Assembly (NCBI GenBank): GCA_012295275.1
Contig: CM022670.1
Span: forward strand, 1,984,001 to 2,048,000
DNA length: 64,000 nucleotides
Source: Chrysomallon squamiferum
Lineage: Eukaryota > Animalia > Mollusca
Reading direction: 5' to 3'
Position numbers and translations under genes: made by a program. The notes under the pieces were generated by a model. It made no database searches. It was given only the letters and a program-made list of their open reading frames with translations, and was not told the DNA's origin. The first letter of the stretch is position 1; each line of letters opens with the position of its first letter. This document shows positions 52,895 through 64,000 of this stretch, in pieces.

Positions 52895-53840
52895 TCTGTT
52901 TGTTCGTTTGTTTGTTTGTTTGTTTATATTTCTGTTTTCTACGTTTTTTTCAGGTGTCTACATCTGGTGTGTGTGTTTGTTTGTTTGTTTGTGTTTTATA
53001 TTTCTATTTTCTACGTTTTTTTCAGGTGTCTACAACTGGTGTGTTTGTTTGTTTGTTTGTCTGTGTGTTTATATTTCTATTTTCTACGTTTATGCAACAA
53101 ATGGTGTGTTTGTGTGTTTATAATTTTCTGGTGGTGTTTGGTTTTTGTTTGTTTGTTTGTGTGTTTATATTTCTATTTTCTACGTTTATGCAGGTGTCTA
53201 CAACTGGTGTGTTTGTTTGTTTGTTTGTCTGTGTGTTTATATTTCTATTTTCTACGTTTATGCAGGTGTCTACAACTGGTGTGTTTGTTTGTTTGTTTAT
53301 ATTTCTGTTTTCTACGTTTATGCAGGTGTCTACAACTTATATTTCTGTTTTCTACGTTTATGTTTGTTTGGTTGTTTGTTTGTGTGTTTATATTTCTGTT
53401 TTCTACGTTTTTGTTCAGGTGTCTACAACTGGTGTGTTTGTTTGTTTGTTTGTCTGTGTGTTTATATTTCTATTTTCTACGTTTACTTCAGCTGTCAACA
53501 AATGGTGTGTTTGTGTGTTTATATTTCTATTTTCTACGTTTTTTTCAGGTGTCTACAAATGGTGTGTTTGTTTGTTTGTTTGTTTGTCTGTGTGTTTATA
53601 TTTCTGTTTTCTACGTTTATGGAGGTGTCTACAACTGGTGTGTTTGTTTGTTTGTGTGTTTATATTTCTGTTTTCTACGTCTGTTTCAGGTGTCTACAAA
53701 TGGTGTGTTTGTTTGTTTGTGTGTTTATATTTCTGTTTTCTACGATAATGCAGTTGTCTACAACTGGTGTGTTTGTTTGTTTGTTTGTTTATATTTCTGT
53801 TTTCTACGTCTGTTGCAGGTGTCTACAACTGGTGTGTTTG
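52895..53840 (+). repeat. Tandem array (~57-76-bp unit, ~15 full or partial units) built from the Delta intron acceptor plus the first ~22 nt of the next exon
   Basis: Unit (TTTG)nTTTATATTTCT(A/G)TTTTCTACGT..CAG|GTGTCTACAACTGGTGTGTTTG; the last unit is the real exon start at 53819. Confidence 0.93.
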
Positions 53841-54115
53841 AAGTTAAAATTCAAAGTCTGCTCAACAACCGCGGCCAGACGTCAACAGGCCGGTGCTGTA
53901 CGGGATCACGTGACTCCTACGGTATCTGTACTGAACAGTGCAGGACGTTTTTCTTTATATGTCTTCTACATTTCCAGACACCCATTCCACAGTTTCCTTC
54001 TTGTACATTCGGGAGCGCCATCACGCCAGTCCTTGGTGGAAATACGTTCGGATTAGGCGCAGATTTCTACGAAGCACCGTTGGTGGTTACAGTACCTTTC
54101 ATGTTCCTCTGGCCA
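53819..54115 (+). CDS. Delta: Delta-like Notch ligand, coding exon 2 (MNNL/C2 domain)
   Basis: tgcag|GTG...TGG CCA|gtaagt, 297 bp, phase 0/0. VSTTGVFEVKIQSLLNNRG..GRCC..C..QCRTFFFICLLHFQ..CTFGSAITPVLGGNTF..VPFMFLWP matches the Delta N-terminal domain. Confidence 0.93.
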
Positions 54116-54368
54116 GTAAGTGCGTGTTAAAAATTAAAGAAATTATAACTCTCCGGGGTCCAATTCCCTCGTCGGAAAGTTTCGAGTTGTGAGCAGAGAG
54201 CATGTTGTGAGAAAGGCGTACTCAGAAAATACTGACCAAACTGGGTGTTGTAAATGAGTTCAAACGATTAGCCCTGATGATAATCTCATTAGTGTCCACT
54301 GAGTTTAACTGTGGATAGCAGTGTCAGTTTACATAATGTTATACACACAAGCTCAAGCAAAATCGTAT

Positions 54369-54742
54369 AACATACATACATACATACATAGTTCATACAT
54401 ACATACATTCATACATACATACATACATAGTACATATATACATGGCACATTCGTAATCATATAGACAGATACATATAAATATACATAGATACATAGATAC
54501 ATTCAGACAGACAGACATAGTACAGACATAGTACAGACATAGTACAGACATAGTACATAGTACATACATGCATACATAGTACATTCATACATATATACTC
54601 ATATACATATACATATATACATATATATACCTATACATAAACATATATACATATATACATATATATATATATACATATATATACATATACATATATATAC
54701 ATATATATATACATTTACATATACATACATACATACATATAC

Positions 54743-54805
<63 letters not shown>

Positions 54806-54810
54806 CAAAC
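54369..54810. repeat. Compound (TACA)n/(TA)n microsatellite with an 11-bp ACAGACATAGT repeat
   Basis: Direct inspection. Confidence 0.85.
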
Positions 54811-55016
54811 ATTCATGCAAACTTAAATAGCTATCTAACTTGACACTTACGTACATACTCTAATACATACATGCCCGCAAGCACGCAGACATACATATTT
54901 GCAAGTTCATGCATACATATGCGCATGCAAATCCGCACGTAAGAACTATATTGTCGCTTCTGAGCTAATGGTAATGGTAACGTTGTCAACATTTATTAGT
55001 GTCTTATGTAATATAT

Positions 55017-55061
<45 letters not shown>

Positions 55062-55173
55062 AACATATATATATTCATATATATATATAATACACCCACG
55101 CAAACATTCACACATGTACATACATATATGCATATATATAGCTTATAAACTTTCATCTACATGTGCATGTCAC

Positions 55174-55204
<31 letters not shown>

Positions 55205-56053
55205 GCGCATATATACATAATAACATACATACACATTTATTTACTTTCTTACTTACTTACTTTATTCTGTACATAGAGAATAACTTACTTGCTCATTTAT
55301 TAACTAACGTTCAGGTACACACAACCAATGGCAATATTTTATTAAATGCATATGGAATCGTTTTGGTGTAAAAAAAAACAGTGAGTGTGTGTGAGGGATG
55401 TAAGTATAGATGTATATAAGTTGTGTTTTTTTTCTCCCTTTTTCTCTTTTTTTTTCATAATGAAAAGTAATTTATCGTGGAAAGGAGGGTTAAAGTCAAG
55501 CTGTTTATCGGCTGATATTTCCGACAGGCTGATAGAGTAGAATCTGTAATACATAATGTATCTTTTGTTGACTTATCTTCGTTCAGAGAACTGCAATGTC
55601 TACAGCACGTGAGTGGCAACAAAAACTCTTATTTACGTTTTGCCTTGATGTAATCTTCCTGCAGCCCGTGTGTCACAATAAATTTTAGTTACATGAATTT
55701 TTTTAGTTTTTTTTTCTTATTTGACTTATCTATGCTCTCGTGTCGATTTTTTTTTTAAATGCACAAAATGCGAGATTTTACAGAAACTGTAACGTCTGTT
55801 GAACGCAGTATAACATCCTTTTATTCAGTCACACTGCGTGGATTGAAACATGCTTTATCAATGCAGCTCAGGGAAATATTTACTTTAAAAATTTAAAAGA
55901 GAAAAAATAGACATTGAAAACTAATACAAAGAAACGAAACAAAATCAACGATGAAAACAGTTTTGTTTGAGATTATAGTTCCTTTTTTTTTATAAACTTA
56001 ATCTTGTTGTTGTATAAATATTCTTTAATCACGTCCACTTTTGTTTACAAAAG

Positions 56054-56240
<187 letters not shown>

Positions 56241-56923
56241 AATGAGAGAGAGCTAATTAATAAATAAATGGCAACGCAGGCAAAATTATTCTTCAGTAAC
56301 GCGATTTCAAACTGTTCATAATATCTTTTTATGAGATAACTAAACCCACTAATTAACTGGATTAATCATCAGACTTTTTCCACTTAGCACGCTTTTTCAA
56401 AACAGTTTCTGAACTGTCACAGCCTTATGTTAATAAGAGAGGAAACCTAAATTAAAATGTTTTAGTCACTTCTCACTATCAGAAATGATAATCTATCATT
56501 ATCTGAGTCAAAAATTCTATTAATTAAACCAATTACCTTTGATCCGAGAAATAGCTGAACGGCCTATATCTCGAGATAAAAAACACATATATTTTAAAAA
56601 AATGAACGTTACAACAAACTTGTGTTAAACAGCGGTTTGTTATCTGTGTACTGCAGTGTTACTTTGAAGCATATTAACACTTTAATTAGGTTTTTTAACT
56701 TAATGGAGTGTTCTGCTTGATGCAAATTGCAATGCACGCCGATAATGGCCAATCTCTTTAATGAGTTGTTCTTTAATGATGAAATCATCAAACTATCATT
56801 TAAAGTGAGGATGAAGGGGTTTTTTTCACCTCTTTTAATTTCTTCAATTTTTTTTTTTTTTTTTTTTAGTGCGTTTTACTGAGGCATAACATTATATCTG
56901 TTATAACTATTTTCATTTTGCAG

Positions 56924-56970
<47 letters not shown>

Positions 56971-56973
56971 TAA

Positions 56974-57020
<47 letters not shown>

Positions 57021-57318
57021 TAATAATAATAATAATTTAAAAACAAAATAAAGCTAAAAAAACAACATTTCCCTTGTATATATTTTACGATCAACACAAC
57101 TTCATCCGCTTATCTTGAGTGTGAGTGTGTGTCTGTTTGTGTGTGTGCGTGCGTGTGTGTGTGTGTGTGTGTGTGTGTCTATTTCCTTGAATTAAGAATT
57201 TTGGTCAAGGTCATTTATACGTAATGGTCAGTTTGAAATGTTATGTGGCCAATTAGCGATGCTGTCAAGCTGATCTTTCATCACAGTGTATGTCTTACTC
57301 ACTGATAGATAGATAGAT

Positions 57319-57455
<137 letters not shown>

Positions 57456-57839
57456 GGGCAACTAACAACGTCAGCTATTTTATGATGCGTCTCTGAAACT
57501 GTAACCGTCATCGTCTTGGGTTTTAATATATTCTTCATCATTCTGCATGTTTCTTATCATCTACCATCATGTATCCTGTGCTAGTCAGTAATTCATATGC
57601 ACGAGGTTTTAATTATTAACAAAGAATTCTGACAGATAACATTATCGAAGCCTGTTACTTATGAGGCCAGATACGTTATCAGAAAAGGAAGCTTGTGGTT
57701 AACACATTTTGAAATTAAATCAACGCGTCTACACACCTCAACGCCTTTTTAGCATTAAATTCCTTGAACCCATGCTAAGAAGATACGTTGGCGATTTTAC
57801 GAGTGCTAGATACTAGATAGATAGCTAGATGTAAAGACA

Positions 57840-58020
57840 GGCAGACAGACAGACAGACAGACAGATAGATAGATAGATCGATAGATAGACAGACAGATAG
57901 ATAGGTAGGTAGGTAGGTAGGTAGGTAGGTATGAGCTAAGGGTAAGTTCGTTAGTAGATCACTAAATTCATAAAAAAAACTAAAGATTGGGTCCCCATAT
58001 AGATAGATAGATAGATAGAC

Positions 58021-58086
<66 letters not shown>

Positions 58087-58124
58087 GTAGGTAGGTAGGT
58101 AGGTAGGTAGGTAGATAGATAGAC

Positions 58125-58182
<58 letters not shown>

Positions 58183-58195
58183 GTAGGTAGGTAGG

Positions 58196-58282
<87 letters not shown>

Positions 58283-58471
58283 GTAGGTAGGTAGGTAAAT
58301 AGGTAGATAAATGGACAGATAGATATAGAAGATAGATAAATAGAGATATCGAAAGACAGAGATAGCTATATAGATAGTGAGACAGATAGACAGATAAAAA
58401 TAGACAAATAGAGAGTTCGAGAGAGAGATTTAGATAGACAGGTAGGTAGGTAAGTAGGTAGTTAGGTCGAC

Positions 58472-58529
<58 letters not shown>

Positions 58530-58530
58530 A
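57840..58530. repeat. Compound (AGAC)n/(AGAT)n/(AGGT)n microsatellite
   Basis: Direct inspection; a complementary (ATCT)n tract lies at ~58962-59056. Confidence 0.92.
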
Positions 58531-58699
58531 GAGGAGAAAAGACAGTAAGAGAAATGTAAAGAGACAAGGTGACTGGTAGTTTATAATGTCAGCTGATGAA
58601 TATATCTAGTATTTTAGTTTGGTTTGATATTCGTGTTAAAAATGGTGAAAGATTCAGGAGAACGTAAAATACATTTTTTATGTATATATGTTAAGGTCA

Positions 58700-58925
58700 T
58701 TTATCACCGATACCCATTGGCCATCTGAAAGGTATTAGCAACTATTCCCATTACAGCTCTGATTAATTCTCCATCACCGGCGTATGAAAAAAACACCTGT
58801 GCTTCCTGGAAATGCGTGTGTAAAAAACATCCCTCGCTGTTAAACGAAGTTAAGTAACTTAACAAGTGACTTTAGTTTGCTTTCTTATCTAAGAACTAAT
58901 TCCAAATGTTAGTCTGTGTGGTTAC
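58700..58925 (+). mobile_element. Possible highly decayed SINE-like fragment
   Basis: Ordered motifs CCCATTGG..AAAACATCCCTCGCTG..TCTGTGTGGT resemble the family recalled for 43607-43900; by eye only. Confidence 0.3.
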
Positions 58926-58983
58926 AGATACTCGTATTTGCTGAATTTATTATTTATGTGTCTATCTGTCTATCTATCTCTCA

Positions 58984-59048
<65 letters not shown>

Positions 59049-59356
59049 CCTATCTAGCTATTTGTTTACTTGTTTAATTTATTTATTTATTTATTTATTT
59101 TAATTTTTGGGATGGCCTGTAAATCAGCTGCTAGCAGTTACTAAAGGCTAACAGTAACTGAAATATTTTTGTTAACAAAATTCAAGAATGACTTCAAAAC
59201 TGCAAATATAAACAAAGTTTAAGAATTTTGTGTTGAAATGTATTAAATCGAATTCGTCTATCTATTTTATTTTATTTTATTTATTTCAGGGTTGTTTGTC
59301 ATTTTCCCCATGGTTGTAAAATTTAAAATAATTTGTATAAACAAAAATTCTCTGGC

Positions 59357-59398
<42 letters not shown>

Positions 59399-60618
59399 AA
59401 TTTCGATGCTTTTAGAATGTGAGATCACTACTACTGTGAGTTTATCTGTAAAGATTAAAGGCTTTTTGGTCTGGCGATTCGTTTTTACACGCAAGTCAGA
59501 ATACTAAATGCCGGAATTTCATATGGTCTTTTTTTTATATATATATTATTATTCAAACACATTTATAATTATGTTTGTTTCTGCCTCTATAATTAGTTCA
59601 ATACCCAGTACCGTTTCCAGCTGTAACACTCTCATTCTTTCCTCTCTCTCTAACTGCTATCAGTGTCTGGGGACCCAGGCTTTAGGTTTTTTTTATGAAT
59701 TTAGTAATCTACTAAATCGAACTTACCCTTAGCTCATACATTCAACCGAAGACCAGGAACCACAACACACGACGATAACCCATAACATCCGAGTTCTAGC
59801 TTTACTTACGCCGATAAGCAGTTAGCATGTTTTTCAAACCGTCTCTAATCAATTGGCAAAATATACAAACTTAGTCAACCGCTGTTGGCGATGAAGATAG
59901 AGCAATAACATATGGTTTTTTCAAACCTTTTTTTTTTTTTCCCCATTCTCGTCATATGTAATGACAACTGGAAAGGATGTTCATGTTCTGGAGTTAAATG
60001 AGGTGTGTGGAGGTTCTGCAGGTGTTCGGTACAAAGTGGAGTTGACCTTCTTCCGATACTGATGACATCAGCAAGATAGTCAAGATTCGTCTCGTTGCTC
60101 CGCTGCTGATTATATTTTATATCTGTTTATGTGCAAAGCAGGATGGCTGTGTGTGTATGTTTGTATATACACATATATGCATGATTGTATAATGTATGTA
60201 TTTAAGTATGTGCGTATAATAATTTGCATGTATGTATGTTTCTCTTTACGTATTTTTGTATGAATGTTTGTATCTGTTTAATATGTATGTCTGTATTTAT
60301 ATTTGTATGCATGTATGAATGTATACATGAACATATGTATATATTTGGATGGAAGGATAAATCGGTAGATAGACGTGTATTTATTTATAAGGATAAGTTC
60401 CGACGATTGTCAAGATATTGAGTCATTTTTTTCTTGCCAACGAAATATTAGAATAGCAATAGTATTGTAATGGTATTTGTAATCATAATCGAATTAAACT
60501 TGAAATTTGTGTTAGCTGTTTCGTTAAAAGTATTTATTGTACCAGACAGTTAGTTTTTTAACTAATTCAAAATGTTAACATGTTTCTCGAATAATGTGGA
60601 CTGTATGTTATGTTTCAG

Positions 60619-60679
60619 GAATCTTTTGGCGTTGTCGTAGAAGTGTGGCATGATGCTGCAGGGAATCGAAGTAAATCCG
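60619..60679 (+). CDS. Delta: Delta-like Notch ligand, coding exon 3
   Basis: tttcag|GAA..TCC G|gtaaga, 61 bp, phase 0/1. ESFGVVVEVWHD corresponds to Delta (G)TFSLIIEAWH. Confidence 0.88.
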
Positions 60680-62380
60680 GTAAGAAGACTGTGTCTGTTT
60701 GTAAACGTTTAAAACTAGCGACTGTCGTAGACAATTATATTCTTATCAAGGCAATGCTAATTTTATTTGTTCTGCTTATAATTATTATATATTTGAATAG
60801 AAAGAAAATGTATGAATAAAAAGAAAACAGAATAAAACGATAACTTTCAAAGGTTTTTCTCTGTCTTTAACCCTTCTTTAATACTTTTTTTAATAATTTA
60901 AAATTCAAAATGCACAAATGAGCTTTAATATACATTTAGTAGGAGATATAGATTTAGACTAAAGAAACTCTGTTCAGCCTGTCTAAATATTGTTAAATAA
61001 ATATTATTACTGCATAGTTGTTATTGCGAAGAAAATCTGTAAACAGTTTTCTGTATAGTTTTTCTACATTTTTTTCTTTGTGCCGTTTTAAATACAAAAC
61101 AGATTCTACCTTTCCTTCTTGATATAGTTTTAAATGTAAAATAGATGATGCACCGGTGGATATATCGCTACCTGAACAGAATTTAATAAAACATTTCTGT
61201 CTTCGCTGAAACTATCGTACAAACTGCAAAGCTACTTAGTTTCGTTGGAGAATATCTTTTCGTCGTTTATTAACTGCAAGAGAAAAAGCAAACACTGTTA
61301 CAACAGGTGGTGTTAACATTACTTCTTTTTTTTTTTCTTTTTTTTTTTACAAAACAAAGATCATATCTGTAAAATCTACAACAATATAATCTGATAATGT
61401 TTACAAACCTGGAAAAACAGAAGAAAAAAAAGAAGATCAATGTGAATATAAATGTTTCAGTTCACAAAACGTGATGTGTTTATCCAGTCAGTGTAAGATT
61501 AGCCCTCGTAGATCAATTTTTTGCCCTCTGATTTTTTTTTTTTTTACAATTTCATCTTGATTGCCCGATATCTCAAGGGTCTGAAAGTAAGAAATAAAGT
61601 GTAATAAATGGTAAAATAAAGACTTTTACATGTAAAACGTGATCGGCATGTCCTGTTACCGGCACACAAAGTCAGAAAGTACATGGTAAATAATGTAGTT
61701 GTGAAACACGTACTCATAATGAACCGCAGTTCTTCACACTTCCAGACTCAGGGGGCATCTTGCGTTATTAGTTTCTGCGTTAATGTTTCAATAAATAAAT
61801 TTAAAAATCCAGTACGCTGAAATCTTATTTACTGTATATATTAACAAATTAATTAAACTATTTATTTAAATAAATGAGTAAATCTTGAGAGTTTATGAAT
61901 TTTAAAAACTGCATTCTAAAATGCGTTACTGAGTTTGCATGCTGTTAGGCTCATAAATTCATCAGATTTACTCAAAATGTTCAACATTTTACCCGTGTTA
62001 ATTGAAAACTGCCCATGTAGTCTGTGTTGGTTTGATGATGTTGTTGTTATTGTTGTTGTGTTTGTTATTATTTTTTATTTTATGTCATTACTGATAATGG
62101 GCTTTTGGTTTTTGGGGTTTTGGGGGGGGTTTTAATTATTATTATTTTGTTTTTTTTTTTAATCATTTTGACATTAATGGAGTTTTATCGAAAAAAGTAA
62201 ACAACAACATTAATGAGAGAGAGAAAAAATAACAACAAAAACACAAAAAAACTTTACCTTAAAATGCACAAATGTTTGGATCTATTGATTTTTAACAATT
62301 CATTTACTGTTATAATTAAAATCTAAAATCTTAAAAATGAGTCACTGTCGTAATTAATGATATTTTTGTTTTATTTACAG

Positions 62381-62635
62381 ATCCATCAAATTTAATAACT
62401 CGAGTATCTAAAGTGGGCAAAATACGACCGTCGCTGACGTGGCAAAACCACAGCCGCATCACGCAGACCGTGGAACTGAGATACAGCTACCGCGTCGTCT
62501 GCGACCAGTACTATTACGGGACCGGATGTGACATACTCTGCCGAGAAAGAGACGATAGGTTTGGTCACTATCTCTGCGGCGGGAATGGGACCAGACTCTG
62601 TCTGTCAGGATGGGAAGGAGAATTTTGCGATAAAG
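62381..62635 (+). CDS. Delta: Delta-like Notch ligand, coding exon 4 (DSL domain); gene continues beyond the window
   Basis: tttacag|AT..AAA G|gtaaaa, 255 bp, phase 1/1. W..LRYSYRVVCDQYYYGTGCDILCRERDDRFGHYLCGGNGTRLCLSGWEGEFC is a six-Cys DSL domain. Confidence 0.95.
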
Positions 62636-62685
62636 GTAAAAAACAAAATTTTATTTTGGTTGTTTTATCCATTATTATATTGTTA

Positions 62686-62743
<58 letters not shown>

Positions 62744-63553
62744 GATTATTATTATTGTTATTATTATTTAGGGTTTGGATTACTAATAGCAGTGGTAGTA
62801 TCAACAACAGTAGCTGTAGTACAAGTAATAATAACAGTAGTAGTATAACGTATTTACATAAAAATGAATGTGTGTTTTTCTTTGTATTATTGCTCTGTGC
62901 ATTCCCTGTTTATTTATTTATTTCTTTACTTCATATACGGAATATATCTGAAGTCGAGTAAATCAAATTTTTTCAAAAAACTTTCAAAATTAAAATTCAA
63001 TTTCAATTCAGTAAAATAAAATATGTAAACAAAAGTTGTTATAATAATAAACTGATAATTAAGTTCAAAATGGTGCATTTAACAAACGTGCTGCGTAGAT
63101 GAATTTGGCATTAAATGAAACCAGTTTAAACGTATTCTGATTTTTAAAGAAAACAACAAATATCTGAAACGTGTATATATATATACAATACATGACGTCT
63201 GTCGGTTTTGTTTTGTAAAAATTTAAATTAGTTACAGAACTACTCGTTGTGCAAAAGAAAGAAAAGAAAAAAAATCCCTGTGAACGTCAGAAAACATAAA
63301 TGTCGCATTTGACGTGAATATTGTTGTCAGATCGCTATCATATATATAGAAACGGCTCAGACAAACCAAATTAAGATAACCACAGGGGACACACGTAAGA
63401 ACCGGATTTTGGCACGGGTATAAAGCAGTCTCTGTACTTTTACAGCAAAACTTCAAACACGAATTTAATTAAATTGCTATCATCTTCGAAAAAGAAGAAA
63501 ATATTTTTTAAAAAACCAACAACATGAATTGTCTTCAATCGAATTTGCACTTC

Positions 63554-63585
<32 letters not shown>

Positions 63586-63849
63586 TGGTGTTCGTCTGAT
63601 GTTAGAAAATTGAAACAAAATCCCTAGGGCAGGTGATTCGAGATCCGTGCGGTGCTATCTAAAGAAGAAGTTTATTAGAAAATTAAAAACTGAATTCTCG
63701 GTTGTAAATGTCTGAAGTGTGTCATGAGACCCTTAAACGTCTACATGCAGTTGATGAGAAGCAGACGTAAACGCCAAGAATAGCAATTTTAAAAATTATT
63801 TCAGCATTAATTATAATCAGAAGTAAAAGCCTTCAGTTATTACAAACTC

Positions 63850-63931
<82 letters not shown>

Positions 63932-64000
63932 GCAAAATATATACGCACACACACAGATATATAGGCTATACATATGCAGCATAAAAAACTACATCGATTT

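Noticed and set aside
52895-53840. Repeat array as CRISPR-like or as mutually exclusive cassette exons
   Set aside because: Inter-repeat sequence is (TTTG)n rather than unique spacers, and units have no convincing GTRAG donors to close mini-exons.
52847-54130. 427-aa ORF (and 282/303-aa overlapping ORFs) as a single membrane protein
   Set aside because: Only 53819-54115 is Delta-homologous and bounded by splice sites; the rest is the stop-poor acceptor repeat with non-ATG starts.
63620-63785. Possible SINE remnant
   Set aside because: Only a vague B-box-like GATTCGAGATCC and a tail-like end; insufficient without a repeat search.

Overview
AT-rich, microsatellite-dense animal genomic DNA with spliceosomal introns. 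It is probably molluscan (gastropod-like); this is inferred from repeat content and protein style only. Positions 1-25.6 kb hold three tandem ~8.1-9.7 kb units of a small heat-shock protein (sHSP) locus. Unit 1 has a head-to-head pair around a heat-shock-element promoter. On the minus strand is a 3-exon, 207-aa sHSP with a mitochondrial-presequence-like N-terminus. On the plus strand is an intronless ~550-aa protein with two alpha-crystallin domains joined by a ~330-aa acidic linker that carries a 10-aa repeat and a LIR-like DFVIV motif. In units 2 and 3 a 1457-bp deletion removes exon 1 and the promoter of the minus gene, so only the double-domain gene is amplified intact, and its unit-1 copy is frameshifted. 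Positions 25.6-51 kb are non-coding and contain clusters of Hes/proneural bHLH motifs, decayed SINE-like elements and two identical tRNA-Thr(CGT) genes. Positions 51.4-62.6 kb hold the first four coding exons of a Delta-type Notch ligand, which continues beyond the window. The acceptor and first ~22 nt of its second coding exon are tandemly amplified into an array of 11 extra AG acceptor copies. Most short ORFs in the supplied track are microsatellite artefacts.
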